This document shows positions 10,844 to 20,357 of a DNA stretch of 64,000 bases, in pieces (position 1 is the stretch's first letter; every line of letters starts with the position of its first letter). This DNA is from Candidatus Bipolaricaulota bacterium. GTDB taxonomy: Bacteria; Bipolaricaulota; Bipolaricaulia; UBA7950; UBA9294. The stretch lies in NCBI GenBank assembly GCA_030606565.1, contig JAUWGE010000001.1, positions 87,740-151,739 of the forward strand, given 5' to 3'. The notes under the pieces were generated by a model. That model was not told where the DNA came from. It worked only from the letters and a program-made list of their open reading frames with translations, and made no database searches. The position numbers and the translations under genes are program-made.

Positions 10844-11143
10844 GATGTGCCTCCCTGCCCACAGCAAGCACGATCAGTATACGAGCCTCTTCGCAAGGGG
10901 GCAAACGCTAACTTCCGCTTCGAAAGTCTTCCATGCCATCGGTCAAGACAAATCTCTGAACGTCGGGGATAAGTCTGTAGCTATCAGCCGTCAGCAATCA
11001 GCTTCAATCCACACGTCGGCTCTCAGCTTTCGTAGCGTCGCAACCTGTGTGCTTGGGGGGTGTAGTAAACAGCTCGTCATGTACTACACTCCCCAGGTTC
11101 TTCGTCAGGGATAAACCCCCAAACAGAAGAAACTCGACGTGCC

Positions 11144-11848
11144 TCACCGTACCCCGCCCTCGGTGAAGTTCCCTTTTATCCGCTCCCAGAGTGCACGAAG
11201 CTCCCCCTCGGATAGGGCAGTTTTCTGGTTCCACGCCGGATCGACGAGGTCCTTGCCCGTCGGGACGACGAATTGCTGCAAGAAGTATCGCTTCGCGCCG
11301 GCTATGAGCGAAACAGCTTCTTCGATATCCTTCGCGGTCATTGTCGGAGCACTGGTAGTGCGAAACTCATAGTCCGGCGCCTGCTCGATGATGAGGCGGA
11401 TCGATCGGGTGATCGCGGCCATGTCAACATGTACTCCGGCCATCTCGTCGTATCGTGCCGCAGGAGCTTTGAGGTCCATCGCTATGTAGTCGAGGAGGCG
11501 TGCATTGAATAACTCCTCAAGGACCTCGGGCCGAGAGCCGTTGGTATCGAGCTTGACGAGAAGACCTACCCCCTTGACTTTCTCGATGAATCGAAAAAGA
11601 TCAGGTTGAACCGTTGGCTCCCCTCCTGTGATGACAAGGCCGTCGAGGAACCCACGCCTCTCTCGTAGGAAGTAGAGGACCTCGTTTTTAGGAATGAGCT
11701 TTAGTTTTTTAATCCTCTCCGGGAGAACGAGTTCACAGTTGTGACAGAACGGGCAGCGAAAGTTACACCCCGTAGTGAAACATACCGCTGCGACCTTTCC
11801 CGGGTAATCAATCAGTGTAGTTGGAAGTAAATAGGCAATGTCCATCAT
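11144..11848 (-). CDS. nrdG: Anaerobic ribonucleotide reductase activating radical SAM enzyme
   Basis: GCNFRCPFCHN, ITGGEP; follows nrdD. Confidence 0.93.
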   Translation of the reverse strand: MMDIAYLLPTTLIDYPGKVAAVCFTTGCNFRCPFCHNCELVLPERIKKLKLIPKNEVLYFLRERRGFLDGLVITGGEPTVQPDLFRFIEKVKGVGLLVKLDTNGSRPEVLEELFNARLLDYIAMDLKAPAARYDEMAGVHVDMAAITRSIRLIIEQAPDYEFRTTSAPTMTAKDIEEAVSLIAGAKRYFLQQFVVPTGKDLVDPAWNQKTALSEGELRALWERIKGNFTEGGVR

Positions 11849-11853
11849 CGGTA

Positions 11854-11957
11854 GTAGCGTTGGAGCTTGTCTCCGACGTTGACCGTGTTTTGTCCTCGAC
11901 GTTTCGGCGAAACCCGTGTCCGCCGCAGGGTCCGTCGGACATGAAGTCCGACGCTAC
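11854..11957. repeat. Inverted REP doublet (GTAGCGTYG...CGACG)
   Basis: gtagcgttggagcttgtctccgacg and the reverse copy gtagcgtcggacttcatgtccgacg. Confidence 0.75.
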
Positions 11958-14900
11958 AGATGCGCGACCGGTTCCTGGTCGTAGGCCTTGCGGTCGGCAA
12001 ACTCGGCCCGCTTTCCGTCATTCCACTGTTCGACCGGCCGAAGATATCCAACGATGCGTGAGTAGACCTCAGCAGGCGCCTTGCACGTCGGGCAGCTCTT
12101 TTGCTCCCCCACCAGATACCCGTGCTCGGGGCAGATCGAAAAGGTCGGGGTGAGCGTGTAATAAGGCAGATGGAAGGTCTCGGCGATCTTGCGCACCAGT
12201 CGCTTGGTCGCCTCCGCGCTCGGAGACCGCTCCCCGAGAAAGGCATGGAAGACCGTCCCGCCGGTGTAGCAAGTCTGCAGGGGGTCTTGAAGCTCGAGGG
12301 CCGCGAACAGGTCCTTGGCTAGGCCAACCGGGAGGTGAGTGGAATTCGTGTAGTACGGGGTCTCCCCGCCGTAGTGCTCCCGGTTGTAGATGCGGATGTC
12401 CGGGTAACGTTCCAGATCCTTTTTGGCCAAGCGGTAGCTCGCCCCCTCAGCCGGAGTGGCCTCCAAATTGAAGATCGATCCTGTCTCTTCCTGGAACGCG
12501 CCCAGCCGCGAACGCATGAAATCGAGCGTCTTCAGCGCGAATGCATGCCCCTCCTCCTCGGCGATCGAGATCCCGTACAGGTTCAAAAGGGCCTCGTTCA
12601 TCCCGATCAGCCCGATGGTGGAGAAATGGTTCTTCCAGTAACCTCCCTCGCTCTTCTTGATCCGCTTCAGGTAGAACTTCGAGTAGGGGTAGAGCCCCAT
12701 ATCGGTGAGGGACTCCAGCGTCTTTCGCTTGATGATCAATGACTCTTTGGCGAGCTCCATTAGATTTTCCAACCGGTCAAAAAACTCCGCCTCGTCCTTT
12801 GCCAGGTAGCCGAGCCGCGGCATGTTGATCGTCACCACACCGATCGATCCGGTGAGGGGATTTGCGCCGAAGAGCCCCCCGCCGCGCTTGCGAAGCTCAC
12901 GGTTGTCAATACGCAGCCGGCAACACATGCTGCGTGCGTCCTCCGGCTTCATGTCGCTCCCGATGAAGTTCGAAAAGTAGGGGATCCCGTACTTGGCCGT
13001 CATCTCCCATACCGGCTTTAAATTCTCGTTGTCCCAATCGAACTCCTCGGTGATGTTGTAGGTAGGGATGGGGAAGGTGAACGGCCGCTCGTGCATATCT
13101 CCATCGATCATCACCTCGGCGAAGGCGCGGTTGAAGAGATCCATCTCGCGTTGATAGTCTCCGTAGACCGTGTCTTGAAGTTTTCCGCCGATGATCACTG
13201 GCTCGCCACGCATATAGCGGGGGACTTCTAAGTCAAGGGTTACATTGGTGAACGGAGTCTGGAAGCCGACTCGTGTGGGAACATTCATGTTATAGACAAA
13301 TTCCTGCAGGTGCTGTTTCACATCCTTGTAGGAGAGGTGATCAGCACGAATGAACGGGGCAAGATAGGTGTCGAGGTTGGAGAAGGCCTGTGCCCCTGCC
13401 GACTCACCCTGTAGGGTGTACATGAAATTCACTATCTGTAGTAAAGCAACCCGGAAGTGTTTAGCAGGTCGTGCCTCGATCTTCCCCCGCACGCCGCGAA
13501 AACCGCACAACAGCAGATCATGTAGGTCCCAGCCGACGCAGTTGTGATTCCACATTCCATTTACGATGAGTGTTCCGCTTTCTGTGGTTATATCATAGAT
13601 AACGTCATCTGGAATTTCTACAGGAATATTATTAACCACCTTATGCCACTCATCATGATCTTCATCATGCCAGGCCTTAGTAGACAGTCCAGCAGATCGG
13701 TACTTTTCAGAGGGTAGATCTTCTTCTATTTTTCTGAACGATACCCCGTAGAGTGGGTATCTCTGAATTATCTTCTTCCCCCGATATACATGTTCTGTTT
13801 CCTGCCCCTCAATAGCTCGATCGCGAGGAGTGAATCCAAGAAGGTCCATGACTACTGCCAGCTGCTCTAAGAGTGTTCTGGCAGCAACGCGTACCGCGAG
13901 GGTTGTTCCCGAACTCTCAATGTTTCCGTCTCCATCGATCAGCCCGGCAATGACCCCCTTAACAAAAGGTTTAGTGTAATGCAAGAGTTCTATCGGAAGG
14001 CTCTTATGGCGAGCACCTGGATTGATCTTGAACACCTGTTCAAACAGGAACCGAAGGAATGGATTCTTGACCCGCAGCTCGTATCTCTCACCCTTACGAA
14101 TAAGGCACCCAGAGATTCCGTTGTCCAAGAGCCCCTTGTTGGCTTGGAGCAGAGGCTCTTTATCTTTCTGCGTTAAAGAGATTCTTTGTGAGCTATTTTT
14201 GTCGTAAGAGATGAAGCCTTCGGCTAAGGCGAAGCCGAGAAAATAGCCGAAATCCTCTGTAAGGCGAACGTGGCGAGGCGCAGTAAAAGATTGAGTGTGG
14301 ATTATCCCGTCAAGCCGAGCACCTTCATCGAGATCCTCCAAGGGAACGCCGTCGTAAAAGCGCGCGTCACCCCCCCAGTCGTGCTTCTGAAAAAGCTCCA
14401 AGAAGTCCAAAGTCTCAACGGAGAAGAGCTCCTCTTGCTCAAAGAGATGTTCTAAATCCACCGTAAAAAGAGAATCGTCTCCATTGACCTCTTGCGCTTC
14501 TTTTTCTTTATCTTGAGTGATCATCGGGTGGTTATCAGTTACAATTACGCTTCGGCCTCCACGATTCTTAATGAACCGCATCGGCCGGTGTTTCTTTTTC
14601 TGAGTAACTTGCACCACTCTGGTCCATCCGTCCTTGTCGAGGACATATACGTCGTCACTAGGATATTTCGCGCATGCACCATCTGCTTTGTTGAGAGGAA
14701 TCGCCTCTCCCGGTAGGTCGTTAAAGAGTCGTTCAAAGGACAGAAGCTTTATTCGCTCATTTACCCTTGTTACGATTACTTCTTTTCCATAATACGTATA
14801 TGCCCCAAGCGTTCCCAGATCATGGATATGAAAGTCGCCACGTTCATGCGTCTCACAGACTTCGCGCGGGTAGATTTTGTTCAGCCAGTAGCGCGAGATC

Positions 14901-15331
14901 ACTTTGTCGGTGATGTGCGTATTTAGCCCTTGAAGTGAATAGGTCATATTGCTGTTCTCGCGCACCCGCCAGTCGCAGTCGTTCAGGTAGTTCTCAACCA
15001 GAGGGATTTCGGTCAAGAGGCCGTGCATCTCGCGCAGGTCGGCGTGCTGCTTGCGGTAGAGGATGTAGGCCTTGGCCGTGCGCGTGTACCCCGCTGCGAT
15101 GAGCACGTCCTCCACCAGATCCTGGATCTCCTCTACTGTAGGAAGCTCCCCGACGAACCGCTCATCGAGGAGTTGGGTAACCCGTTCCGCCAGCCGCTTG
15201 GCAGCACTCTCGTCGGGATCACCCACTGCTCGCATCGCTTTCCATATAGCGGTCGTGATCTTGGCCGCGTCGAAAGAAACCACCCGGCCGTCGCGTTTGA
15301 CGATCTGCTCCACTAGAATTGCCCCCCTCAT
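11954..15331 (-). CDS. nrdD: Class III anaerobic ribonucleoside-triphosphate reductase with ATP cone and one intein
   Basis: ATP cone (IVKRDG), HIHDL..Y/CVGWDL, RSMCCRL, EATPAEG, YSRIVGY glycyl-radical loop. Confidence 0.96.
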   Translation of the reverse strand: MRGAILVEQIVKRDGRVVSFDAAKITTAIWKAMRAVGDPDESAAKRLAERVTQLLDERFVGELPTVEEIQDLVEDVLIAAGYTRTAKAYILYRKQHADLREMHGLLTEIPLVENYLNDCDWRVRENSNMTYSLQGLNTHITDKVISRYWLNKIYPREVCETHERGDFHIHDLGTLGAYTYYGKEVIVTRVNERIKLLSFERLFNDLPGEAIPLNKADGACAKYPSDDVYVLDKDGWTRVVQVTQKKKHRPMRFIKNRGGRSVIVTDNHPMITQDKEKEAQEVNGDDSLFTVDLEHLFEQEELFSVETLDFLELFQKHDWGGDARFYDGVPLEDLDEGARLDGIIHTQSFTAPRHVRLTEDFGYFLGFALAEGFISYDKNSSQRISLTQKDKEPLLQANKGLLDNGISGCLIRKGERYELRVKNPFLRFLFEQVFKINPGARHKSLPIELLHYTKPFVKGVIAGLIDGDGNIESSGTTLAVRVAARTLLEQLAVVMDLLGFTPRDRAIEGQETEHVYRGKKIIQRYPLYGVSFRKIEEDLPSEKYRSAGLSTKAWHDEDHDEWHKVVNNIPVEIPDDVIYDITTESGTLIVNGMWNHNCVGWDLHDLLLCGFRGVRGKIEARPAKHFRVALLQIVNFMYTLQGESAGAQAFSNLDTYLAPFIRADHLSYKDVKQHLQEFVYNMNVPTRVGFQTPFTNVTLDLEVPRYMRGEPVIIGGKLQDTVYGDYQREMDLFNRAFAEVMIDGDMHERPFTFPIPTYNITEEFDWDNENLKPVWEMTAKYGIPYFSNFIGSDMKPEDARSMCCRLRIDNRELRKRGGGLFGANPLTGSIGVVTINMPRLGYLAKDEAEFFDRLENLMELAKESLIIKRKTLESLTDMGLYPYSKFYLKRIKKSEGGYWKNHFSTIGLIGMNEALLNLYGISIAEEEGHAFALKTLDFMRSRLGAFQEETGSIFNLEATPAEGASYRLAKKDLERYPDIRIYNREHYGGETPYYTNSTHLPVGLAKDLFAALELQDPLQTCYTGGTVFHAFLGERSPSAEATKRLVRKIAETFHLPYYTLTPTFSICPEHGYLVGEQKSCPTCKAPAEVYSRIVGYLRPVEQWNDGKRAEFADRKAYDQEPVAHL
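13541..14797 (-). mobile_element. Intein (419 aa) with LAGLIDADG homing endonuclease
   Basis: Insertion between LGAY and CVGW; block B VTDNHP, LGFALAEG and IAGLIDGDG motifs, C-terminal HN|C; visibly lower GC. Confidence 0.93.
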
Positions 15332-15486
15332 GAAAAATGACGCCTTAAAACCTGTTCATCATAGCTGCGGGTCGATGCATGGTCAACAAAGGTTCCTTAA
15401 AAAGGAGGTGATGTAATCGCGATCGCTAGCGAATAAGGACAACTTGACTCTCGTAAAAGGTGACGGAGATTACATTCGTCTCGGCA

Positions 15487-15629
15487 AGGGGAGCATGCTC
15501 AGGAGATCTCCGGTTGGTTATGCTCCAAGTGCGAAGGAGTTAATCCGCAAGGTGAGTAGTAGGTCATCCTCCCATCATCAGGACGTGTGCAAGGGTTACC
15601 GACAGCTTGATTCCAACCCGGGCATCCGA
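15487..15629 (+). ncRNA. Candidate 6S RNA-like structured RNA
   Basis: End pairing atgctcagg/cccgggcat and cggttggtta/ttaccgacag; CAAGGGTTAC near the 3' end; strand uncertain. Confidence 0.35.
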
Positions 15630-15686
15630 TAAGATTCTGCGGTACACAACGATACAACTAATGATTACGGCCCAGAGGTGATAGAG

Positions 15687-15947
15687 ATACCTAATATTCG
15701 TTCAGCCAAGAAACGCTTGCGGCAAAGTGAGAAGCGACGGGGGCTCAATCGCGCGAGAAAAGCGGCCCTAAAGCGGGTTGTCAAGCAAATCAGGGAACAC
15801 ATCGCTTCCGGGAAGAAGGAAGAGGCTCGCTTACTCCTTCCCCAGCTCGCTAAGGCGGCCGATAAGGCGGCCAAGCGCCACGCGATCCACAAAAACAAGG
15901 CGAGCCGGGTCAAGTCGCGGTGGATGAAGAAAGTTAAGGCACTTTAA
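15687..15947 (+). CDS. rpsT: 30S ribosomal protein S20 (probable ATA start; GTG at 15678 is the alternative)
   Basis: PNIRSAKKRLRQ...IHKNKASRVKSR. Confidence 0.95.
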   Translation: MPNIRSAKKRLRQSEKRRGLNRARKAALKRVVKQIREHIASGKKEEARLLLPQLAKAADKAAKRHAIHKNKASRVKSRWMKKVKAL

Positions 15948-15960
15948 GAGGAGGCTTCGC

Positions 15961-16863
15961 ATGCGGCACTACGATTTTCTCGGTAAGGCGAAGTACTTCG
16001 TTCCTATTTCTCTAGTTCTTGTTACGGTCAGCATCCTTATTCTGATCCCGCAGGTGCGGGGGCTGAACCCGGGGATCGATTTCACCGGCGGAACCGAGTT
16101 CACAGTCAGGTTCAAAGAACCGGTGGAAACCGCCGACCTGCGCAGTGCCTTGGCCAAGATTTCCGCAGGAAGAACTGACCTCTCCAAGAGCGTGATACAG
16201 GACGTCGCCCAGAAGAACACCAAGGTGATCACCACCCAACTCGACGTGGAAGCCAATCGGGACCTCATCGACCGGATCGTGACAACCCTACAGGCACAGT
16301 TCCCGGTGGAGGAGATCAGCCGCCGCTCGATCGGCCAGCAGGTGAGTCGCGAGCTTGCCCAGAAGGGATGGCAGGCGGTCTTGTTGGCTATCGTTGTCAT
16401 CCTGGTCTACATCTCTTGGCGATTCCGCCTTCGCTACGCCGTGGGAGCAGTAGCCGCAATCCTGCACGATGTGGTCATCGCCCTGGGGGTGTTCGTCATA
16501 TTCCGGGTGGAGGTAAACTTGGCGACGATCGCAGCCTTCCTGACGATCGTCGGGTATTCCTTAAACGATACGATCGTCATCTTCGACCGCATCCGCGAGA
16601 ATCTCAAGCTCGACAGAAAAGGATCGATCTTCGATATCATCAACCGCAGCGTCAACCAGTCATTGAGCCGGACTCTAAACACCTCGTTCACCACCTTCAT
16701 CCCGGTGATCATATTGTTCCTGTTCGGTGGATCGGTCCTGCGCGGCTTCGCGCTGGCGCTGTTGATCGGCGTCATCGTGGGAACGTACTCCTCGATGTAC
16801 ATCGCCAATCCAATTCTCTACGCTTGGACTCTCAAGGCTGGCGGGGCAAAAAAAGGTAAATGA
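15961..16863 (+). CDS. secF: Protein translocase subunit SecF
   Basis: GIDFTGGT, GYSLNDTIVIFDRIRE, six TM segments. Confidence 0.96.
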   Translation: MRHYDFLGKAKYFVPISLVLVTVSILILIPQVRGLNPGIDFTGGTEFTVRFKEPVETADLRSALAKISAGRTDLSKSVIQDVAQKNTKVITTQLDVEANRDLIDRIVTTLQAQFPVEEISRRSIGQQVSRELAQKGWQAVLLAIVVILVYISWRFRLRYAVGAVAAILHDVVIALGVFVIFRVEVNLATIAAFLTIVGYSLNDTIVIFDRIRENLKLDRKGSIFDIINRSVNQSLSRTLNTSFTTFIPVIILFLFGGSVLRGFALALLIGVIVGTYSSMYIANPILYAWTLKAGGAKKGK

Positions 16864-18584
16864 AATCTCTCATCTGCAAGGAAAGGGAGTGGAAAATCGC
16901 TCCCCTTCCTGATGATGCCCTAACCCGGGAAATCGAGGCGTCTCTTGATTGTGCCTACCCATTCGCTGTTCTCCTTGCCCGACGTGGTGGGAAGGACTGG
17001 CAGGGACTGATCGACCCCGGATTCCACAATTTTCATTCGCCGTTCGCCCTCTCTGGAATGGAGGCGGGAATCTCCCGGTTGATCGAAGCGATCACGGATA
17101 GGGAGCGGCTTTTCATCCATGGTGATTTTGACGTCGACGGTCTCACCGGAGCAGCCGTTCTCTACCAGGGCCTACTCCCACTCCTTCCCAAGGGAACGAT
17201 CAAGGTGAACGTAGGAGACCGGGAGTGCGGGCACGGCCTGTCACGTGAGTTTGTCCACCGGGCGATAGAAGAGAGGTTTACCCTTGTCATCACGGTCGAC
17301 TGTGGGGTTTCCAATGCCCAGGAGATCGACCTTCTCCGTGAGGCTGGTATCGACACCATCGTCACCGATCATCACACCCCGCCCCGGGTTCTCCCACCGG
17401 CCCTAACTATCATCGATCCTCAATGTCGGGGCGAAACCTATCCCAACCTGGATCTCGCTGGAGTGGGGGTCGCCTACAAGTTGATCTGCGCCCTGTACGA
17501 GCGACTTGACCTTCCTACACCCTATCATCTCCTCGATCTCGTCGCACTGGGAACAGTCGCTGACCTGGTTCCACTAGCCAAGGGAGGAGAAGTAGAGAAC
17601 CGAGCGATGGTGCGAGAGGGGCTCACCCTCATCGCCCGCCAAGAGGGATCATCCCTCGGTCTGCGCGTGTTGATGGACAAACTATCGATCAACACGAAGA
17701 AGCTCACCACCTCCGACATCGGTTACATCATCGCTCCCAAGTTAAACGCAGCAAACCGAGCTGGTGATCCCAAGGTCGCGTTTCTACTACTCACCACCGG
17801 GGCTCCACAGCGAGCCGAGTACCTGACGGAAATCCTGCTGGACTATAACCGCGATCGGGAGATCGCCCAAGATGACCTGATATCCCAAGCAGAGGAGCGG
17901 ATGGCCGAGGATGGCGGCGATCCAAAGAAGGATGGAATTATCATTCTCTCAGGAAAGTACTGGAACGAGGGAATCCTCGGGCTTGCCGCTTCTAACCTGA
18001 CTGACCGCTACGGCGTACCTGCGATCATCATCTCCCAAGGTGACAGCGTAAGCCGTGCCTCCTGCCGGAGTGTGAACGGGTTCAATATGGTGGCCTGCCT
18101 TGAGGCGCACTCTGACCTCTTCCTCCATTATGGCGGACACCAAATGGCAGCTGGCTTTTCTGTTTCAAACGAGGCCCTTCCCGAACTGCGCGGGCGGCTC
18201 CTTAATTATGCTGCCCAACAGGGGCTAGATCACTTAGCCAGTGTGATGAGGCTCATCGACGCGAGAGTCGCCGCAGAAGATATCAACGTGCGGTTCCACA
18301 CTAATATCCGCTCGCTCGCCCCTTATGGCCCAGGAAACCCAGCGCCGCTCTTCCTCTTTGAAGACTGCTCATTCGCGGGGCTCTCCCTAGTCGGGGCACG
18401 ACGGCAGCACCTCAAGGGGAAAGTGACGCAAAACGGGCTCTTACTCCCGTTCATTGCCTTCCGGATGGGAAAGCACATAGACACCTTCAAGGAGGTACAT
18501 GGGGCCTCCCTCGTCGCCCGCGCGGGGTTTGACGACTGGCAGGGGTCTGTACAGATAGAAGTGGTCGACTTGGTGCAAGATTAA
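16860..18584 (+). CDS. recJ: ssDNA-specific exonuclease RecJ
   Basis: GDFDVDG, TVDCG, TDHH, GGHQMAAG. Confidence 0.93.
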   Translation: MKSLICKEREWKIAPLPDDALTREIEASLDCAYPFAVLLARRGGKDWQGLIDPGFHNFHSPFALSGMEAGISRLIEAITDRERLFIHGDFDVDGLTGAAVLYQGLLPLLPKGTIKVNVGDRECGHGLSREFVHRAIEERFTLVITVDCGVSNAQEIDLLREAGIDTIVTDHHTPPRVLPPALTIIDPQCRGETYPNLDLAGVGVAYKLICALYERLDLPTPYHLLDLVALGTVADLVPLAKGGEVENRAMVREGLTLIARQEGSSLGLRVLMDKLSINTKKLTTSDIGYIIAPKLNAANRAGDPKVAFLLLTTGAPQRAEYLTEILLDYNRDREIAQDDLISQAEERMAEDGGDPKKDGIIILSGKYWNEGILGLAASNLTDRYGVPAIIISQGDSVSRASCRSVNGFNMVACLEAHSDLFLHYGGHQMAAGFSVSNEALPELRGRLLNYAAQQGLDHLASVMRLIDARVAAEDINVRFHTNIRSLAPYGPGNPAPLFLFEDCSFAGLSLVGARRQHLKGKVTQNGLLLPFIAFRMGKHIDTFKEVHGASLVARAGFDDWQGSVQIEVVDLVQD

Positions 18585-20266
18585 ATCTCCACTCCTGGAA
18601 GATCGATAAAGGTTGATAGATTGACCGCGGTCCGCGCCGCAAGAACCCTACCAATGAAGTGTGGAATCGCCAATGCCTCTTTGATCCGACGTGGCTCGTG
18701 GAGGAGCCGGTACAGCCACTCAAACCCCAACTGCTGCCAGCGCAGCGGAGCGCGGCGACAGTCACCGGCAAAGAGATCGAACGCCCCACCGACTCCGATC
18801 ATCAACGGAACCGATAGCTCCTTGACATGTTTTAGCATCCACTGCTCCTGCTTTGGCACCCCCATCCCCACAAGGAGGATCTGCGGGTGCGTCTCCTTTA
18901 CCGCCGCGAGCAACCCTGCAGCCTCGTCGAAGTAACCGTGGTGGGTTCCGACAATGTCCAAGCCAGAGAAACGTTTCTCCAGCCGACGCGCGGCCCTCTC
19001 AGCTACTCCCTTTCTGCCGCCAAGGAGAAAGACGCGGTAGCCGTTCACACTCGCCCGCTTAAGAAGGGATTGTGCAAGGTCGATTCCGGTTACCCGTCCT
19101 TTGAGTGGTAAACCGAGAAAGCGCGATGCCCATACGATCCCCACCCCATCGGCAGTCACCAGATCGGCACGCCTGTAGATCTCAAGAAGGGTTGGATCCT
19201 TCCTGCTTTTAAGGAGTGAAACGCTGTTCACGGTAACGATCATGTGTGAGCGTTCGCGTGCAAAGAGCATTCGCTCAGCCCGGGCTACCGCCTCATGAAG
19301 CGTTAGATTGTGAAACCCCACGTCAAACAGGAAACTCCGATCGCCAATTCCCTCGGCCCAGCGTCTGGTAAGCCAAGTAGAGACTTTGCGCCGAGATAGG
19401 TGCACCACAATTAATACGGGAACGATTCCCGCCACAAGCATGCCATGAGTTGGGGAGCAGTGGACTGCCAAAACCACACCAAGGGCGAGGGCGTTTGACA
19501 GAAGAAGTAAAAGGAAGGAAAAGGACCCTTGCGTGTAACCACGTTCGCTGAACCAGCGGGGGAGCAGTTTGGGACGAACTCTCGCCAGGCTTTGCACTAG
19601 GAGGGCCTGGGAGGTCGTCATAATAGGAAAACTGATCAAGGCAAGTGGCGCCAACAAGGAGAGGGAAATCGGCCCCTTCATCACCCCGCTGATCCCGTAG
19701 AGTGCCAGACCGAAGGCAACCGTACGATGAAGTGGAGAAAGGCTCTCTCCCCTGTAAGCAGCGATCGCGGTTGCCAGCACTATCCCCAATAGGGTGAAAG
19801 GAAGGTAGAACGCGATCGGTGAAGCCTGCGTCTGCGGAGAGATCAGCGCAAGCAAGACAGCGTTTAACACTAGAAGAAGATCGATCATGATCTGCAGAGC
19901 AGGACGGGGGAGCGTCCGACGCAGCTCCTCTCGCGAGCGAAGAATGATAAGGACCCAGAGGACGGTGAGCGGTATGGAAACTGAGTTAAGCTGCACGTAT
20001 CCACCGGCTGGGTTTGTGACAAATTGGATGCGAAAACCCAATAGCGCCGCAGCGAGTGCTGCGGCGATCCACTGCAACCATGGAGCTACCCCTTTCTTCG
20101 AAACCTCAAACAAGAGGATCAACAGCCCCACGGCCAAGCCGAGAAGCTCGATTCTCCCACCCACAGCGACAAAGAGAACAAAAGCGGGAAGAAGGAAGCG
20201 TATACGGCGAAACTGCCCTCGAAGGAGAAACCCTCCTGCTGCTGATGAAAGCAACACGGATAACAT
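18581..20266 (-). CDS. WecB/TagA/CpsF glycosyltransferase with N-terminal multi-pass membrane domain
   Basis: C-terminal ADGVG, RVTGIDL, GMGVPKQE, EWLYRL; about 300 aa hydrophobic N-terminus. Confidence 0.85.
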   Translation of the reverse strand: MLSVLLSSAAGGFLLRGQFRRIRFLLPAFVLFVAVGGRIELLGLAVGLLILLFEVSKKGVAPWLQWIAAALAAALLGFRIQFVTNPAGGYVQLNSVSIPLTVLWVLIILRSREELRRTLPRPALQIMIDLLLVLNAVLLALISPQTQASPIAFYLPFTLLGIVLATAIAAYRGESLSPLHRTVAFGLALYGISGVMKGPISLSLLAPLALISFPIMTTSQALLVQSLARVRPKLLPRWFSERGYTQGSFSFLLLLLSNALALGVVLAVHCSPTHGMLVAGIVPVLIVVHLSRRKVSTWLTRRWAEGIGDRSFLFDVGFHNLTLHEAVARAERMLFARERSHMIVTVNSVSLLKSRKDPTLLEIYRRADLVTADGVGIVWASRFLGLPLKGRVTGIDLAQSLLKRASVNGYRVFLLGGRKGVAERAARRLEKRFSGLDIVGTHHGYFDEAAGLLAAVKETHPQILLVGMGVPKQEQWMLKHVKELSVPLMIGVGGAFDLFAGDCRRAPLRWQQLGFEWLYRLLHEPRRIKEALAIPHFIGRVLAARTAVNLSTFIDLPGVEI

Positions 20267-20357
20267 GACCCTTCTATCCTAGCAATTTTGTCTGAAAACA
20301 GAAGGACCTGCGTCTTTAGAGAACCTTACGCGCTGTCCTTCACTATCAAGACAGGTG

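Noticed and set aside
15335-15660. Cobalamin riboswitch or NrdR box upstream of nrdD
   Set aside because: No GGGAA...GCCACTG core or NrdR palindrome found on the minus strand.
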